DNA of 64,000 bases from Telluria sp. (GCA_036399735.1 DASWMN010000003.1:11399-75398), one strand, 5' to 3'; positions 9,074 through 20,356 are shown, counted from the first letter of the stretch. Made by a program: numbers and translations. Notes: generated by a model not told the origin, from the letters alone.

Positions 9074-10309
9074 TTAGAGTTGACGCAAGGGGGCGCGCCA
9101 CAGCATGGCGGCCGCCGTCAGCTTGAGCGCGCACGGCAGCAGCGCATACGCCGCGACCAGTGCGCCCGTGCCGGCGCCCGCACCCGGTACATAGCCGAGC
9201 CATTCGAGCAGCGGCAGGGAAATCCCCGCCGCCAGCGCCAGCGTCATTTGCACACCCCAGTTCCAGACACCGAAATAAGCGGCCTCGCGCGAGCCCGAGT
9301 GACCGGCCTTGGCGATCACGCCTGCCAGCAAGGCAGGCGGCAGCGCCAGGTCGGCCCCCACAGCGAGGCCGGACAGCACGCAGATCGCGCCGAACGCCAG
9401 CGCGGCCCCCGGCGCCAGCCCGAAAGCCCACACGAACACCGCGCACGAGAGCAGCATGCCACCCACCCACGCGCGGGCTTCGCCGTAGCGCACCGCGAGC
9501 GCAACCCAGATCGGGATCGAGAGCGCGGCGGCACCGAAGTACATGATCAAAAACAGGCCGGACAAGGCAGCCAGACGCAGATGGTCGGCCGCAAAAAACA
9601 GGAACAACGTCGCCGGAATGGCCGAGGCGACACCATTGACCATCAAAACCGCAAACAGGGCGCGAAAGCGCGCCTCGCGAAACGGCATTGCCAGCTGGCG
9701 CAATACCGGCGCCGGTGCCGCGGCGCCGGTTGTGGGTGCGCGCGGCGCCCAGGCCAGCAACACCGCCGCGCCGCCCACCAGCGTCACGCAAAACGCGATG
9801 GTCAGCGCGCCGTAACCCGAGGCGCCGGTCACGCCCGCCGCCAGTACCACCCCGGCCAAACCGCACGCCTCGCGCACGCCGCTCACACGCGAACGTTCGG
9901 CCGGAGCCTGCGTCAATGCCGCACCCCAGCTCTGGTGCGCGATGGTGGCGATTCCAAAACCGAGGTAGACCAGCATCAGCGTGCCGAGGAACCAGGCCAG
10001 GGACGGCAACGCTGCCAGCAGCGGCGGATGGAACAGCGCGACAAAGCCGGCCAGCAGCAGCGGCAGTGCGATGGCGATGTAGCGCGCATACGCGCTCTGC
10101 CCTCGCCCGATCCGCCAGCCCAGCAATGGATCGATAAAGGCGGCTGCCACCCGCGCCGTCAGCAGCACGGCCCCGATCGCGGCAAGCGAGAGGCCGGCGC
10201 GCGCGGCGTAAAACTGCGGCAGATACAAATAGATCGGCAACGCGACCATCGCCAGCGGCAAGCCGAAACCGCCGTAGGCGAGCAGCATCGGCAGACTGAG
10301 TCGCTTCAT
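9074..10309 (-). CDS. MFS transporter (GPH/MFS_2-like)
   Basis: About 12 hydrophobic segments and the LAYGGFGLPLAMVALPIYLYLP start. In an operon with overlapping neighbours. Confidence 0.85.
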   Translation of the reverse strand: MKRLSLPMLLAYGGFGLPLAMVALPIYLYLPQFYAARAGLSLAAIGAVLLTARVAAAFIDPLLGWRIGRGQSAYARYIAIALPLLLAGFVALFHPPLLAALPSLAWFLGTLMLVYLGFGIATIAHQSWGAALTQAPAERSRVSGVREACGLAGVVLAAGVTGASGYGALTIAFCVTLVGGAAVLLAWAPRAPTTGAAAPAPVLRQLAMPFREARFRALFAVLMVNGVASAIPATLFLFFAADHLRLAALSGLFLIMYFGAAALSIPIWVALAVRYGEARAWVGGMLLSCAVFVWAFGLAPGAALAFGAICVLSGLAVGADLALPPALLAGVIAKAGHSGSREAAYFGVWNWGVQMTLALAAGISLPLLEWLGYVPGAGAGTGALVAAYALLPCALKLTAAAMLWRAPLRQL

Positions 10310-10839
10310 CGTGGTGCCGCATCCTTCAGCAATGCGGTCCGCAAGCTCTTCGCGCTCGTTTTCGGATCCAGCCAGATCGCGAAGAAGGCGCGCGCAAATT
10401 CGGCATCAGGCACGGTAGCGAGCGGTTTGCCGTCGAGGTAGAAGCGTGCACCGGCGCCGGGCAGGAACACGCCGCTGATGTGGGTGCCTTCTCTCACGTC
10501 GGGGAAGATCTCCTTCATCCGCGCCAGCCACGCGCTGCGCTGTGCGCTGGTGCCAACACCGAGCTTTTCCATTTCATCCACGCTGGCCTGGGCGATCTTG
10601 ACGCCATCGAGCTTGCGCGCATATGCCAGGTCAAGCACGAATGGCGCGTCACTCTGGTAGCCCTTGTCGCCCACCCATAATTCGGCGTCATAAATGCGCA
10701 AGCCGAACCAGGTGAAGGCGCCTTTGCCTGCCACGCGGGCCTGCTTGACGTTTTCTTGAATGTGCGCGGGAGCGGCAGCCGCGGCGCTGCCGCACAGGGC
10801 GGCCAGCATCAGTACGCAGGCGAACAGGCGGCGTCCCAT
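10306..10839 (-). CDS. Chalcone-isomerase-like family protein
   Basis: Signal peptide and G.G.FTWFGLRIYDAELW...FARAFFAIWLDPKTS pattern. Confidence 0.8.
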   Translation of the reverse strand: MGRRLFACVLMLAALCGSAAAAAPAHIQENVKQARVAGKGAFTWFGLRIYDAELWVGDKGYQSDAPFVLDLAYARKLDGVKIAQASVDEMEKLGVGTSAQRSAWLARMKEIFPDVREGTHISGVFLPGAGARFYLDGKPLATVPDAEFARAFFAIWLDPKTSAKSLRTALLKDAAPR

Positions 10840-10840
10840 C

Positions 10841-12073
10841 TCAGGCTTTCGTCAGAGTGAAGTGCATGACATCGGTATTACGCTCGCGGAAAGCCGCTTC
10901 GCAATAGCACAGGTAGAACTCCCAGGTGCGAATGAAGCGCTCGTCGAAGCCCTGCGCCCGCACCCCAGCCAGGTGGGCGTGGAATGCCTGGCGCCAGGCG
11001 GCCAGGGTGTCGGCGTAGTCGATGCCGAAGCGGCGGGTAGCGGTCACGGTCAGGCCATGCTCGCGCGCCATGCGCTCGAATACCGACGGCGAAGGCAGCA
11101 TCCCGCCCGGGAAGATGTACTGCTGGATGAAGTCGGTCCCCTTGCGATAACGTTCGAACAATTCGTCGGCGATCACAATGGTCTGGATGCAGGCGCGCCC
11201 GCCCTGCTTCAGGTTACGCGCCAGGCATTCGAAGTAGCTTGGCCAGTAGCTTTCGCCCACGGCTTCGAACATTTCGATCGATGCGATCGCGTCGTAGCGC
11301 CCAACACTGTCGCGGTAGTCGCACAGCTGCAGGTCCGCCTGGGCCGCCAGACCGGCTTTTTCGAGCCGTTCGCGGGCGTAGGCCAGCTGCTCGGTCGACA
11401 GCGTCAGTCCCGTGACGTGCACGCCGGCGTCGCGCGCGGCCTGCTCGGCAAATCCACCCCAGCCGCAGCCGATTTCCAGCACCTGGTCGCCCGGCGCCAC
11501 TTGCAGCTGCTCGATGATGGCGCGGTACTTGGCCGCTTGCGCCAGCTGCAGATTGTCGCCCGTGGCTTCAGTGTACAAAGCGCTGGAGTAGGTCATTGAC
11601 GGGTCCAGCCACAGTTTGTAGAACTGATTGCCGATGTCGTAATGGGCGTGAATATTCTTGCGGCTGCCCGCCTTCGAATTGCGGTTGAGCAGATGCTTGA
11701 TGCGGTACACCAGGCTACCCCACCAGCTGCCATACACCAGCTCTTCGATGGGTGCGCGGTTGCGTGCCAAAAGTGCGATCAGGCCGGTCAGGTTGTCAGT
11801 CCTCCAAGTGCCGCTGATAAAGGTCTCGGCAAAACCGATATCGCCCGAACGCAGGGCGGCGCCGAACACGTCCCAGGACTGCAGCTCCAGTGTGACCGGG
11901 GTACTGTCATCGCCAAACAGGATGACCGCGCCATCCGGGGTGATCAGGCGCAGCGCGCCGTGCTGCAGCTTGGCCAGCAGCTTGAGAATGATGCGGGCCG
12001 AAGCAGGCGCTTTGCGCGCGGCGGCGCTGGCTTGTGCGATCGAGGTAAGGGACGTCAGGGATTCGGAGCTCAT
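10841..12073 (-). CDS. cfa: Cyclopropane-fatty-acyl-phospholipid synthase family SAM methyltransferase (UfaM-like)
   Basis: SRKNIHAHYDIGN, LDPSMTYSSA, VLEIGCGWG, SIEMFEAVG and YIFPGGMLPS motifs. Confidence 0.9.
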   Translation of the reverse strand: MSSESLTSLTSIAQASAAARKAPASARIILKLLAKLQHGALRLITPDGAVILFGDDSTPVTLELQSWDVFGAALRSGDIGFAETFISGTWRTDNLTGLIALLARNRAPIEELVYGSWWGSLVYRIKHLLNRNSKAGSRKNIHAHYDIGNQFYKLWLDPSMTYSSALYTEATGDNLQLAQAAKYRAIIEQLQVAPGDQVLEIGCGWGGFAEQAARDAGVHVTGLTLSTEQLAYARERLEKAGLAAQADLQLCDYRDSVGRYDAIASIEMFEAVGESYWPSYFECLARNLKQGGRACIQTIVIADELFERYRKGTDFIQQYIFPGGMLPSPSVFERMAREHGLTVTATRRFGIDYADTLAAWRQAFHAHLAGVRAQGFDERFIRTWEFYLCYCEAAFRERNTDVMHFTLTKA

Positions 12074-12846
12074 CGTGTTACCTCTTGTTGGGGTGGTACG
12101 GGTTTCGAGAAAAATGGAACGCGCCGCAGCCACAGGCGCAGTGCCTGCAGATGAATGCGCAGAACGACGTTGAAGGTCATCAGCGGGTAGCAGAAAAAGG
12201 CGCGCGCCGCGCTGGTGCTGGTGATCGGCGCGGCCTGGCCGGACACGCTGGTCTGAATCAGGGCGCCATCGGCGTCGTCGTAATCGATACGGGCCACGGT
12301 CTGCTCGGCGCTGCGCATGGCGCGGCTGAAACGGAAGCGGTAGCCGCCCTGCACCTGGCAGAATGGCGACACGTGGAACACCTTGCGGGCCCGCAGTTCG
12401 CTGCCGTTGCCGATCACCGCGCCGGTGTCGAGCAGGTAGAAATGGCGTTCGCCGAAGGTGTTGCGCACATCACACAGGACCGCGCGCAAGGCGCCGTCGG
12501 CACGGTGGCAGAACCAGAACGAGACAGGATTAAAAACAAAGCCCAGCACGCGCGGCATGGCCTGCAGCCACAGCTCGCCGTCTGCGTCTTCCACGCCTTC
12601 GCGCCTGAGCAGGGCGTCAATCCAGTCCGTCAGTGGCTGCTTGCCGTCGCCGTGGTCGGCATCGACAAACGACAGCAGATTGAAGCGGTTACGCGAAAAC
12701 AGCGCGCAGCCAAAGCCCGCCATGCCCATGCTGCGCAGCGGCAGCCGCAGGTAATAGCTGGAATAGGCGAACGCATTGCGCACCGGACGCAGGCGCGTGT
12801 GGCGCACCTGGCCGAAGCACAGCTGCGGCGTGTCAGGCTGCTGCAT
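12070..12846 (-). CDS. DUF1365 family protein (UfaO-like)
   Basis: GQVRHTRLRP..NAFAY, PRVLGFVFNPVSFWFC, VRNTFGERH and KVFHVSPF motifs. Confidence 0.88.
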   Translation of the reverse strand: MQQPDTPQLCFGQVRHTRLRPVRNAFAYSSYYLRLPLRSMGMAGFGCALFSRNRFNLLSFVDADHGDGKQPLTDWIDALLRREGVEDADGELWLQAMPRVLGFVFNPVSFWFCHRADGALRAVLCDVRNTFGERHFYLLDTGAVIGNGSELRARKVFHVSPFCQVQGGYRFRFSRAMRSAEQTVARIDYDDADGALIQTSVSGQAAPITSTSAARAFFCYPLMTFNVVLRIHLQALRLWLRRVPFFSKPVPPQQEVTR

Positions 12847-14131
12847 GAGCCTGCGCCTCCATCACGCGCCCGATCGCCGCCGCAACCGACAGACCGGATT
12901 TGAGTCCATCCTCGTGGAAGCCATAGCCGGTCCAGGCGCCGGCGAACCAGGTGTTCTGCCCGCCCTGGAACGATGCCAGCTGCGCTTGCGCTGCCACGGC
13001 GCCCTCGTCGAACACGGGATGGGCGTAATCGAAACTGGCCAGCACGTGCTTCGGATCTGGTTCGTCGATCGGATTGAGCGAAACGATGACCGGCGTTTTG
13101 CATGGCAGCGGCTGCAGCATGTTGAGCAGGTAGTGCACGCACACCTGCGGCGTGGGCGCGGCATTGCTCTGGTAGTTCCAGGCCGACCAGGCGGCGCGCT
13201 TTTTCGGCAGGCAGCTCGCGTCGGTGTGCAGCACCGCGCGGTTGGGCTGATAGCGCACCGCTTCGAGCACCGCGCGTTCTTCGGCGCGCGCGTCGCGCAG
13301 CAGCGCCAGCGACTGATCGCTGTGGCAGGCCAGCACCACGTGGTCGTAATAATCGGCGCCCAGCGCCGTCGCAACACGCACCGAGCGGGCCCCGCCGCCT
13401 TCCATGCGGGTCACGGCGGTGACGGCCGTGCTGAGTTTTTTGCCGGGAATGGCGGCCAGCAGGCGGTTGACGTAATTGCGCGAACCGCCGCGCACCGTGC
13501 GCCACTGCGGCCGGTCGCTCACTTGCAGCAGGCCGTGGTTATGACAGAAGCGGATGAAGGTCGCCACCGGGAACGCCAGCATCTGGTCGGACGGGCAGGA
13601 CCAGATACAGGCGGCCATCGGCAGCAGGTACCAGGTGCGGAACTGCTCGCTGTAGTGTTCGCGCTCGAGGAATTCGCCCAGAGAGATGGACGGCATCACC
13701 CCGCCCACTGCCAGCGCGCTGGCCTGCTGGTTGAAACGCAGGATGTCGCGCACCATGCGCAGAAAGCGCGGGCGCAGCAGATTGCCGCGCTGGGCGAACA
13801 CGGTGTTCAGGTTGCTGCCAGCCCATTCCAGCCAGCGCGCGCCCGGCTCCTTACCGAGGGGCAGCTTGACCGAGAACGACATGTCGCTCGGCGCCGTGTC
13901 CACGCCCAGTTCCGCAAACAGGGCGATCAGGTTCGGGTAGGTACGGTCGTTGAACACCAGAAAACCGGTATCGACCCCAAAGGTCGTCCCGTCCAGGTTG
14001 ACGTCGACCGTATTGCTGTGGCCACCGAAATAGTCGCCCGCTTCGTACAGGCTCACTTCCGCCCCGCCCTGGACAAGGCGGTACGCACACGAGAGGCCGG
14101 AGATGCCGGCACCAATGACAGCTATTTTCAT
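12833..14131 (-). CDS. FAD-dependent oxidoreductase, amine-oxidase-like (UfaD-like)
   Basis: IAVIGAGISG FAD motif, GGHSNT, VDTGFLVFN..TYPN and GAWTGYGFHEDG. Confidence 0.9.
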   Translation of the reverse strand: MKIAVIGAGISGLSCAYRLVQGGAEVSLYEAGDYFGGHSNTVDVNLDGTTFGVDTGFLVFNDRTYPNLIALFAELGVDTAPSDMSFSVKLPLGKEPGARWLEWAGSNLNTVFAQRGNLLRPRFLRMVRDILRFNQQASALAVGGVMPSISLGEFLEREHYSEQFRTWYLLPMAACIWSCPSDQMLAFPVATFIRFCHNHGLLQVSDRPQWRTVRGGSRNYVNRLLAAIPGKKLSTAVTAVTRMEGGGARSVRVATALGADYYDHVVLACHSDQSLALLRDARAEERAVLEAVRYQPNRAVLHTDASCLPKKRAAWSAWNYQSNAAPTPQVCVHYLLNMLQPLPCKTPVIVSLNPIDEPDPKHVLASFDYAHPVFDEGAVAAQAQLASFQGGQNTWFAGAWTGYGFHEDGLKSGLSVAAAIGRVMEAQAHAAA

Positions 14132-14152
14132 CGTTTCACCACATTTCTATGT

Positions 14153-14167
14153 TTTGTCTAGGACAAA
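14153..14167. promoter_or_regulatory. Putative operator 1, TTTGTC-tag-GACAAA
   Basis: Perfect 6-bp inverted repeat in the divergent promoter region, with a second copy at 14215. Confidence 0.7.
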
Positions 14168-14214
14168 TGCTTTACAAGTTGCATAATCCGGGAAATAATT
14201 ACTTCTGTCAACGA

Positions 14215-14229
14215 TTTGTCCATGACAAA
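14215..14229. promoter_or_regulatory. Putative operator 2, TTTGTC-cat-GACAAA
   Basis: Same arms and 3-bp spacer as operator 1. Confidence 0.7.
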
Positions 14230-14382
14230 CAAAAGATCTTGGTATTTATACGAAGCAATGAAGCAGTCGGATTCAACAATGTGCGGATTTATTGCTACGC
14301 GGAAATACGACGACCCGTGGCATGATTTCGCCTATGGGAACCTGCTGTCCATGAACCTGACATATCGAGTAGTAGGAAAACC

Positions 14383-15378
14383 ATGAGTAACGATTACAAT
14401 GCCCCCACTGTCCTGAACAAACGAGTGGATTCGACCATGATTACCGAACAGACCGATGCGCCTCTCAGCAGCATCAGCGATGTCGAGCGCGATACCGGCG
14501 TGCCGAAAGAGACGCTGCGGGTATGGGAGCGCCGTTATGCGTTTCCGCAGCCGGAGCGCGACGAAAACGGCGAGCGTCAATACCCGGCTGCCCAGGTCCA
14601 GCGCCTGCGCCTGGTCAAGCGCCTGCTCGACCATGGCTACCGGCCCGGCAAGATCATGCATCTCGATTCAGACGCGCTGGGGGATCTGGCGTCCAAGACC
14701 GGGACCGATCCGCACGCGCCTAGCGCGGACGACCCCGAACTGCGCCATTGCCTTGCGCTCATCAAGAACCACAAGATCAGCGAACTGCGCCAGCGCATGG
14801 CCCAGGCCCTGCTGCAAATGGGCCTGCAGCGCTTTGTGACCGAACTGGTCGCACCGCTGACCACCCTGGTGGGCGACACCTGGGCCGCCGGCGACCTGGC
14901 GGTGTTCGAAGAGCACCTGTTCGCGGAAATGCTGCAAAGCCTGATGCGCAACGCGATTTTTTCAGCCAACCAGCAGATCGGTCTGGCGGCAGCGGCCCCG
15001 CGCATCCTGCTGACCACGGTGCCGCAGGAGCGTCATGGCCTGGGCCTGCTGATGGCCGAAGCCCTGTTCGCGATGGAGGGGGCGCATTGCGTATCATTAG
15101 GCGTACAGACACCGCTCAACGACATCGTCGACGCCGCCCGCGTGCAAAAAGCCGACATCGTCGCCCTCTCCTTCTCGAGCGTGATGTCGCCGCGCGCCGC
15201 AGTCGACAATGTGACCGAATTGCAGGCACGGCTGGGTGAAGCGACCCAGGTCTGGGCCGGCGGCAGCTGCGCCGCGCTGGCCCGGCGCCACCTTGGCCCC
15301 CAGCGGGTGCTTGACCTGAACGATATTTCCGGGGCGGTGGCGCGCTGGCGTGCCCAGCACGCGGCAGCGGCGACTTAG
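14383..15378 (+). CDS. MerR-family cobalamin-binding regulator (LitR/CarH-like)
   Basis: N-terminal MerR HTH (ISDVERDTGVPKETLRVWERRY), W-x9-EH (WAAGDLAVFEEH) and ExHxxG (ERHGLG) B12-binding motifs. Start may be 14437. Confidence 0.85.
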   Translation: MSNDYNAPTVLNKRVDSTMITEQTDAPLSSISDVERDTGVPKETLRVWERRYAFPQPERDENGERQYPAAQVQRLRLVKRLLDHGYRPGKIMHLDSDALGDLASKTGTDPHAPSADDPELRHCLALIKNHKISELRQRMAQALLQMGLQRFVTELVAPLTTLVGDTWAAGDLAVFEEHLFAEMLQSLMRNAIFSANQQIGLAAAAPRILLTTVPQERHGLGLLMAEALFAMEGAHCVSLGVQTPLNDIVDAARVQKADIVALSFSSVMSPRAAVDNVTELQARLGEATQVWAGGSCAALARRHLGPQRVLDLNDISGAVARWRAQHAAAAT

Positions 15379-15482
15379 CCGTACGGTCGGATTGGCGCCC
15401 TGCTCTGTTAAAATACGCGCCATCCGATTGATCGTGTCCGGCGCCGCCGGGCAATGCACGCTGCGCCCTCCAACAGACACCA

Positions 15483-16625
15483 ATGTTTAGTTTTTTCAAG
15501 AAAAAACCACCCGCACCCGAGATTCCGCCACCCACGCCGCCGGCGCCACCTGTGGTTCAGGCACCGGCCCCGGTGCCGACGCCGGCGCCGGCTGCGCCAG
15601 TCCCGCCGGCAGCGCCCGCTTATGTGGCGCCGCCCGCGCCCGCGTTTGTGCCGCCCCCGGCGCCCGCCCCCGAGCCTGCGCCCTTGATCGAAGAAACCGC
15701 TGAGCGCCCGGTCTCGGCCGCGGAACAGAAAAAGTCCTGGATGGCGCGTCTGAAGGCAGGCCTGTCGAAAACATCGAGCAATCTGTCGCTGCTGTTTGTG
15801 GGCGCCAAGATCGATGAAGACCTGTACGAAGAACTCGAAGCGGCGCTGCTGATGTCCGACGCCGGCATGGACGCCACCCAGTTCCTGCTTGACGGCCTGC
15901 GCCGCAAGGTCAAGGAAGACAAGCTGCTCGACGCCGCTGCCGTCAAGGGCGCCCTCAAGGTGCTGATGACCGACCTGCTGCGTCCGCTTGAAAAACCGCT
16001 TGAACTGGGCCGCCACGCGCCGCTGGTGATGATGATCGCGGGCGTGAACGGCGCCGGCAAGACCACCACCATCGGCAAGCTGGCCAAGCACATGCAGAAA
16101 TTCCGCCAGTCGGTGCTGCTGGCCGCCGGCGACACCTTCCGCGCCGCCGCGCGCGAGCAATTGATGGTCTGGGGCCAGCGCAACAACGTCACCGTGATTG
16201 CCCAGGAATCGGGCGACCCGGCTGCGGTCGCCTTTGACGCGGTGCAGTCCGGCAAAGCGCGCAAGACCGATGTCGTCATGGTCGATACCGCCGGCCGTCT
16301 GCCGACCCAGTTGCACCTGATGGAAGAACTGAAAAAGATCAAGCGCGTGATCGGCAAGGGCATGGACGATGCGCCGCACGAAGTGCTGCTGGTCATCGAC
16401 GGCAATACCGGACAGAACGCCCTGGCCCAGGTCAAGGCCTTCGACGACGCCCTGCAGCTGACCGGCCTGGTGATCACCAAGCTCGATGGCACGGCCAAGG
16501 GCGGCGTGATTGCCGCCATCGCCCGCACCCGTCCGGTGCCGGTGTACTTCATTGGCGTGGGCGAAAAAATCGAGGACCTGCAGCCGTTCAACGCGGAAGA
16601 ATTCGTCGAAGCACTGCTTGGATAA
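15483..16625 (+). CDS. ftsY: Signal recognition particle receptor FtsY
   Basis: GVNGAGKTTTIGKLA, DTFRAAA, DTAGR and TKLDGTAKGG. Pro/Ala-rich N-terminus. Confidence 0.97.
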   Translation: MFSFFKKKPPAPEIPPPTPPAPPVVQAPAPVPTPAPAAPVPPAAPAYVAPPAPAFVPPPAPAPEPAPLIEETAERPVSAAEQKKSWMARLKAGLSKTSSNLSLLFVGAKIDEDLYEELEAALLMSDAGMDATQFLLDGLRRKVKEDKLLDAAAVKGALKVLMTDLLRPLEKPLELGRHAPLVMMIAGVNGAGKTTTIGKLAKHMQKFRQSVLLAAGDTFRAAAREQLMVWGQRNNVTVIAQESGDPAAVAFDAVQSGKARKTDVVMVDTAGRLPTQLHLMEELKKIKRVIGKGMDDAPHEVLLVIDGNTGQNALAQVKAFDDALQLTGLVITKLDGTAKGGVIAAIARTRPVPVYFIGVGEKIEDLQPFNAEEFVEALLG

Positions 16626-16631
16626 GGCCCC

Positions 16632-17287
<656 letters not shown>

Positions 17288-17291
<4 letters not shown>

Positions 17292-18208
17292 AGAGCTGGC
17301 TGCGCCAACACCGCTACGCCATCGGCGCCGCCCTGGGCAACCTGGCCAAGGCGCCGGGCAGCTTCCTGTTCAATGTGATCGTGGTCGCCATCGCCCTCAC
17401 GCTCCCCTTCGCCGGCCTGACGTTGCTCGACAATGTGCGGCCCATGTCGCAGCAATTGTCGGTCGACCCGGAAATCAGCCTGTTTACCACCCCGGCCACC
17501 ACGCGCGACGATGCGCTGGCGATGGAAAACAGTATCCGCGCCATTCTCAAGGGAACCGAGCCGAGCATCGTTTTCGTCCCGCGCGAAAAGGCACTGGCCA
17601 CTCTGAAAGCCAAGAGCGGCCTGTCCGACGTGCTTGACACGCTGGGCGACAATCCGCTGCCCGATGGTTACGTCATGAAGCTCAAAGCGCTGAACAGCGC
17701 AGCCGACGGCGGCAATGTGGACGCGCTGGCCACCCAGCTGCGCGCGCTGCCCGGCGTCGATACGGTGCAGGTTGACTCAGCCTGGGTCAAGCGTCTGGAA
17801 GCCCTGTTGGGTGTGTTGAGACTGGCCCTGCTGCTGCTGGCCGGTACGCTGGGCATGGTCGTGATTGCCGTGGTTTTCAATACCGTGCGCCTGCAGGTAC
17901 TGACCCAGCGCGAGGAAATCACCGTCAGCAAACTCCTGGGCGCGACCGACAACTTCATCCATCGCCCCTTCTATTACACTGGCGCCCTGCTCGGGCTGGC
18001 CGCCGGCGCGGTCGCGCTGGGCGTGGTGGCGCTGGCCTTGCGGCCGCTGAACCAGGCAATCGCCGAGTTTGCCCGTCTTTACGCGTCCGAATTCCAGCTG
18101 GTACCGCTCGATCCGCTGGCGATCACCGGGCTGCTGGCCATCAGCGCCGCGCTGGGTCTGGTTGGCGCCCTGCTTTCCGTCCAACGTCACCTGTCGCGCC
18201 TGAATTAA
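17288..18208 (+). CDS. ftsX: Cell division permease FtsX
   Basis: LGDNPLPD, DSAWVKRL, NTVRL...REEI.V.KLLGATDNFI.RPFYYTG. Confidence 0.93.
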
Positions 18209-18422
18209 TGCGCCTGTTTGTTCGCGTACGCCTGTCAGCGTGCGTGAACGAACAGAGATCGGCATGGTCCAAGCGTAATCTGCAACACATCCCCCACTGC
18301 TCGTAAGCGGCTTGATATTGCTCAATCGTGCTCGCCGATCGTGCACTAGAGTAAGGAATGCTTTCTAATAAATTGCTTTCCGACCAACAAAAAAACCCTA
18401 TCAGGGTGATTAATTCCGTCGA

Positions 18423-18449
18423 TTGGCACTCCTCGCTAGAGAGTGCTAA
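18423..18449. promoter_or_regulatory. CIRCE element (HrcA operator) upstream of rpoH
   Basis: TTGGCACTC-N9-GAGTGCTAA, one mismatch to the consensus TTAGCACTC-N9-GAGTGCTAA, 80 bp upstream of the rpoH start. Confidence 0.88.
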
Positions 18450-18528
18450 TATATGTCATCGCATGGCGGGGTAATAACACATTCCACCGCCGGGCGCACC
18501 GCAGCACCGACACTCTACGAGGAAACAC

Positions 18529-19431
<903 letters not shown>

Positions 19432-19449
19432 GCCGGACATGCTTTGCTC

Positions 19450-19486
19450 ACGGCCCGGACGCTTGCGTCGCGGGCCGTTTTTGTTT
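19450..19486 (+). terminator. Rho-independent terminator of rpoH
   Basis: ACGGCCCG...CGGGCCGT stem followed by TTTTGTTT. Confidence 0.75.
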
Positions 19487-19513
19487 GCCTTGTCGTAGCT
19501 TGTTGGCGTCCCC

Positions 19514-19879
19514 ATGCATCCATACCTGCTCGCACCTCTCCTTCTGCTCGCCACCACCAGCGCCTGCGCCCACGGCGGCGGCATCTGGGTTGGCGCCACC
19601 GTCGGCCTGTGCCTGGCGCAGGACGCCAGCTACGCCACCCTCCCCGGCGGCAAATTCTGGATGCAGGACGAAAGCATGCCGCGCTTTATCGCCTCGCTCC
19701 CACCCGAGCTGCGCAGCTGCCTGACAACGAACAAGGCGGCCACCGCCCCCCTGTGCCGCGCGCTGCTGACACCCGAGCCGAACACCATCACCAATGCGCA
19801 GTACAAACAGTTAGAACTGGAGTACCGGAAGCAGATCGAACTGTTCCAGAACATGAATTGCGGACACGCGCCGAGATAA
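19514..19879 (+). CDS. Hypothetical exported protein
   Basis: 121 aa, hydrophobic N-terminus, four Cys in the mature part, GC-biased codons. Confidence 0.6.
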   Translation: MHPYLLAPLLLLATTSACAHGGGIWVGATVGLCLAQDASYATLPGGKFWMQDESMPRFIASLPPELRSCLTTNKAATAPLCRALLTPEPNTITNAQYKQLELEYRKQIELFQNMNCGHAPR

Positions 19880-19945
19880 GTAGCGCGTCGGAACTGCCCA
19901 GTTTGCTATGATCGAAACTTACCTGCTTTCATGGAGTCAGTTTTG

Positions 19946-20344
19946 ATGAAAAGAACGCTTGCCATCCTCGCACCGGTCTGCCTGATCGCCGCCTGCGCCG
20001 TTTCTCCCGCCAGTACCGGCGGCCCGCTCCATACCACCGTTACCCTCGCCCCCACCGCCAGCACCGCGGTCGGCAGCGCCACCCTGCGCTACGACGCCGT
20101 CAACGACAGCCGCTGCCCGCCCGATGTGCAGTGCATCCAGGCCGGCGAGATCAGCTACCAGTTCACACTGAAGGGCGCCGGGGGCGACGAATCGTTCGCC
20201 CTCACCCGCGCCAAGCCCAGCTACGAGGCCAGCAAGAATGCCGGCGTGCGCGTCGAGCTGGGCCAGGCTGCCGAGCCGCCGCGGGTCGCTGCCAGCGCCC
20301 CGGTTCCGGCCCACCCCGTCACTATCACCATCACAAAAAAATAA
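19946..20344 (+). CDS. Hypothetical lipoprotein
   Basis: MKRTLAIL..LIAAC lipobox and a DSRCPPDVQCIQAG motif. Confidence 0.7.
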   Translation: MKRTLAILAPVCLIAACAVSPASTGGPLHTTVTLAPTASTAVGSATLRYDAVNDSRCPPDVQCIQAGEISYQFTLKGAGGDESFALTRAKPSYEASKNAGVRVELGQAAEPPRVAASAPVPAHPVTITITKK

Positions 20345-20356
20345 GAAGGACCCGCC

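Noticed and set aside
15500-15680. Repeat-like GC-rich tract in ftsY
   Set aside because: It encodes the ordinary Pro/Ala-rich FtsY N-terminal linker.
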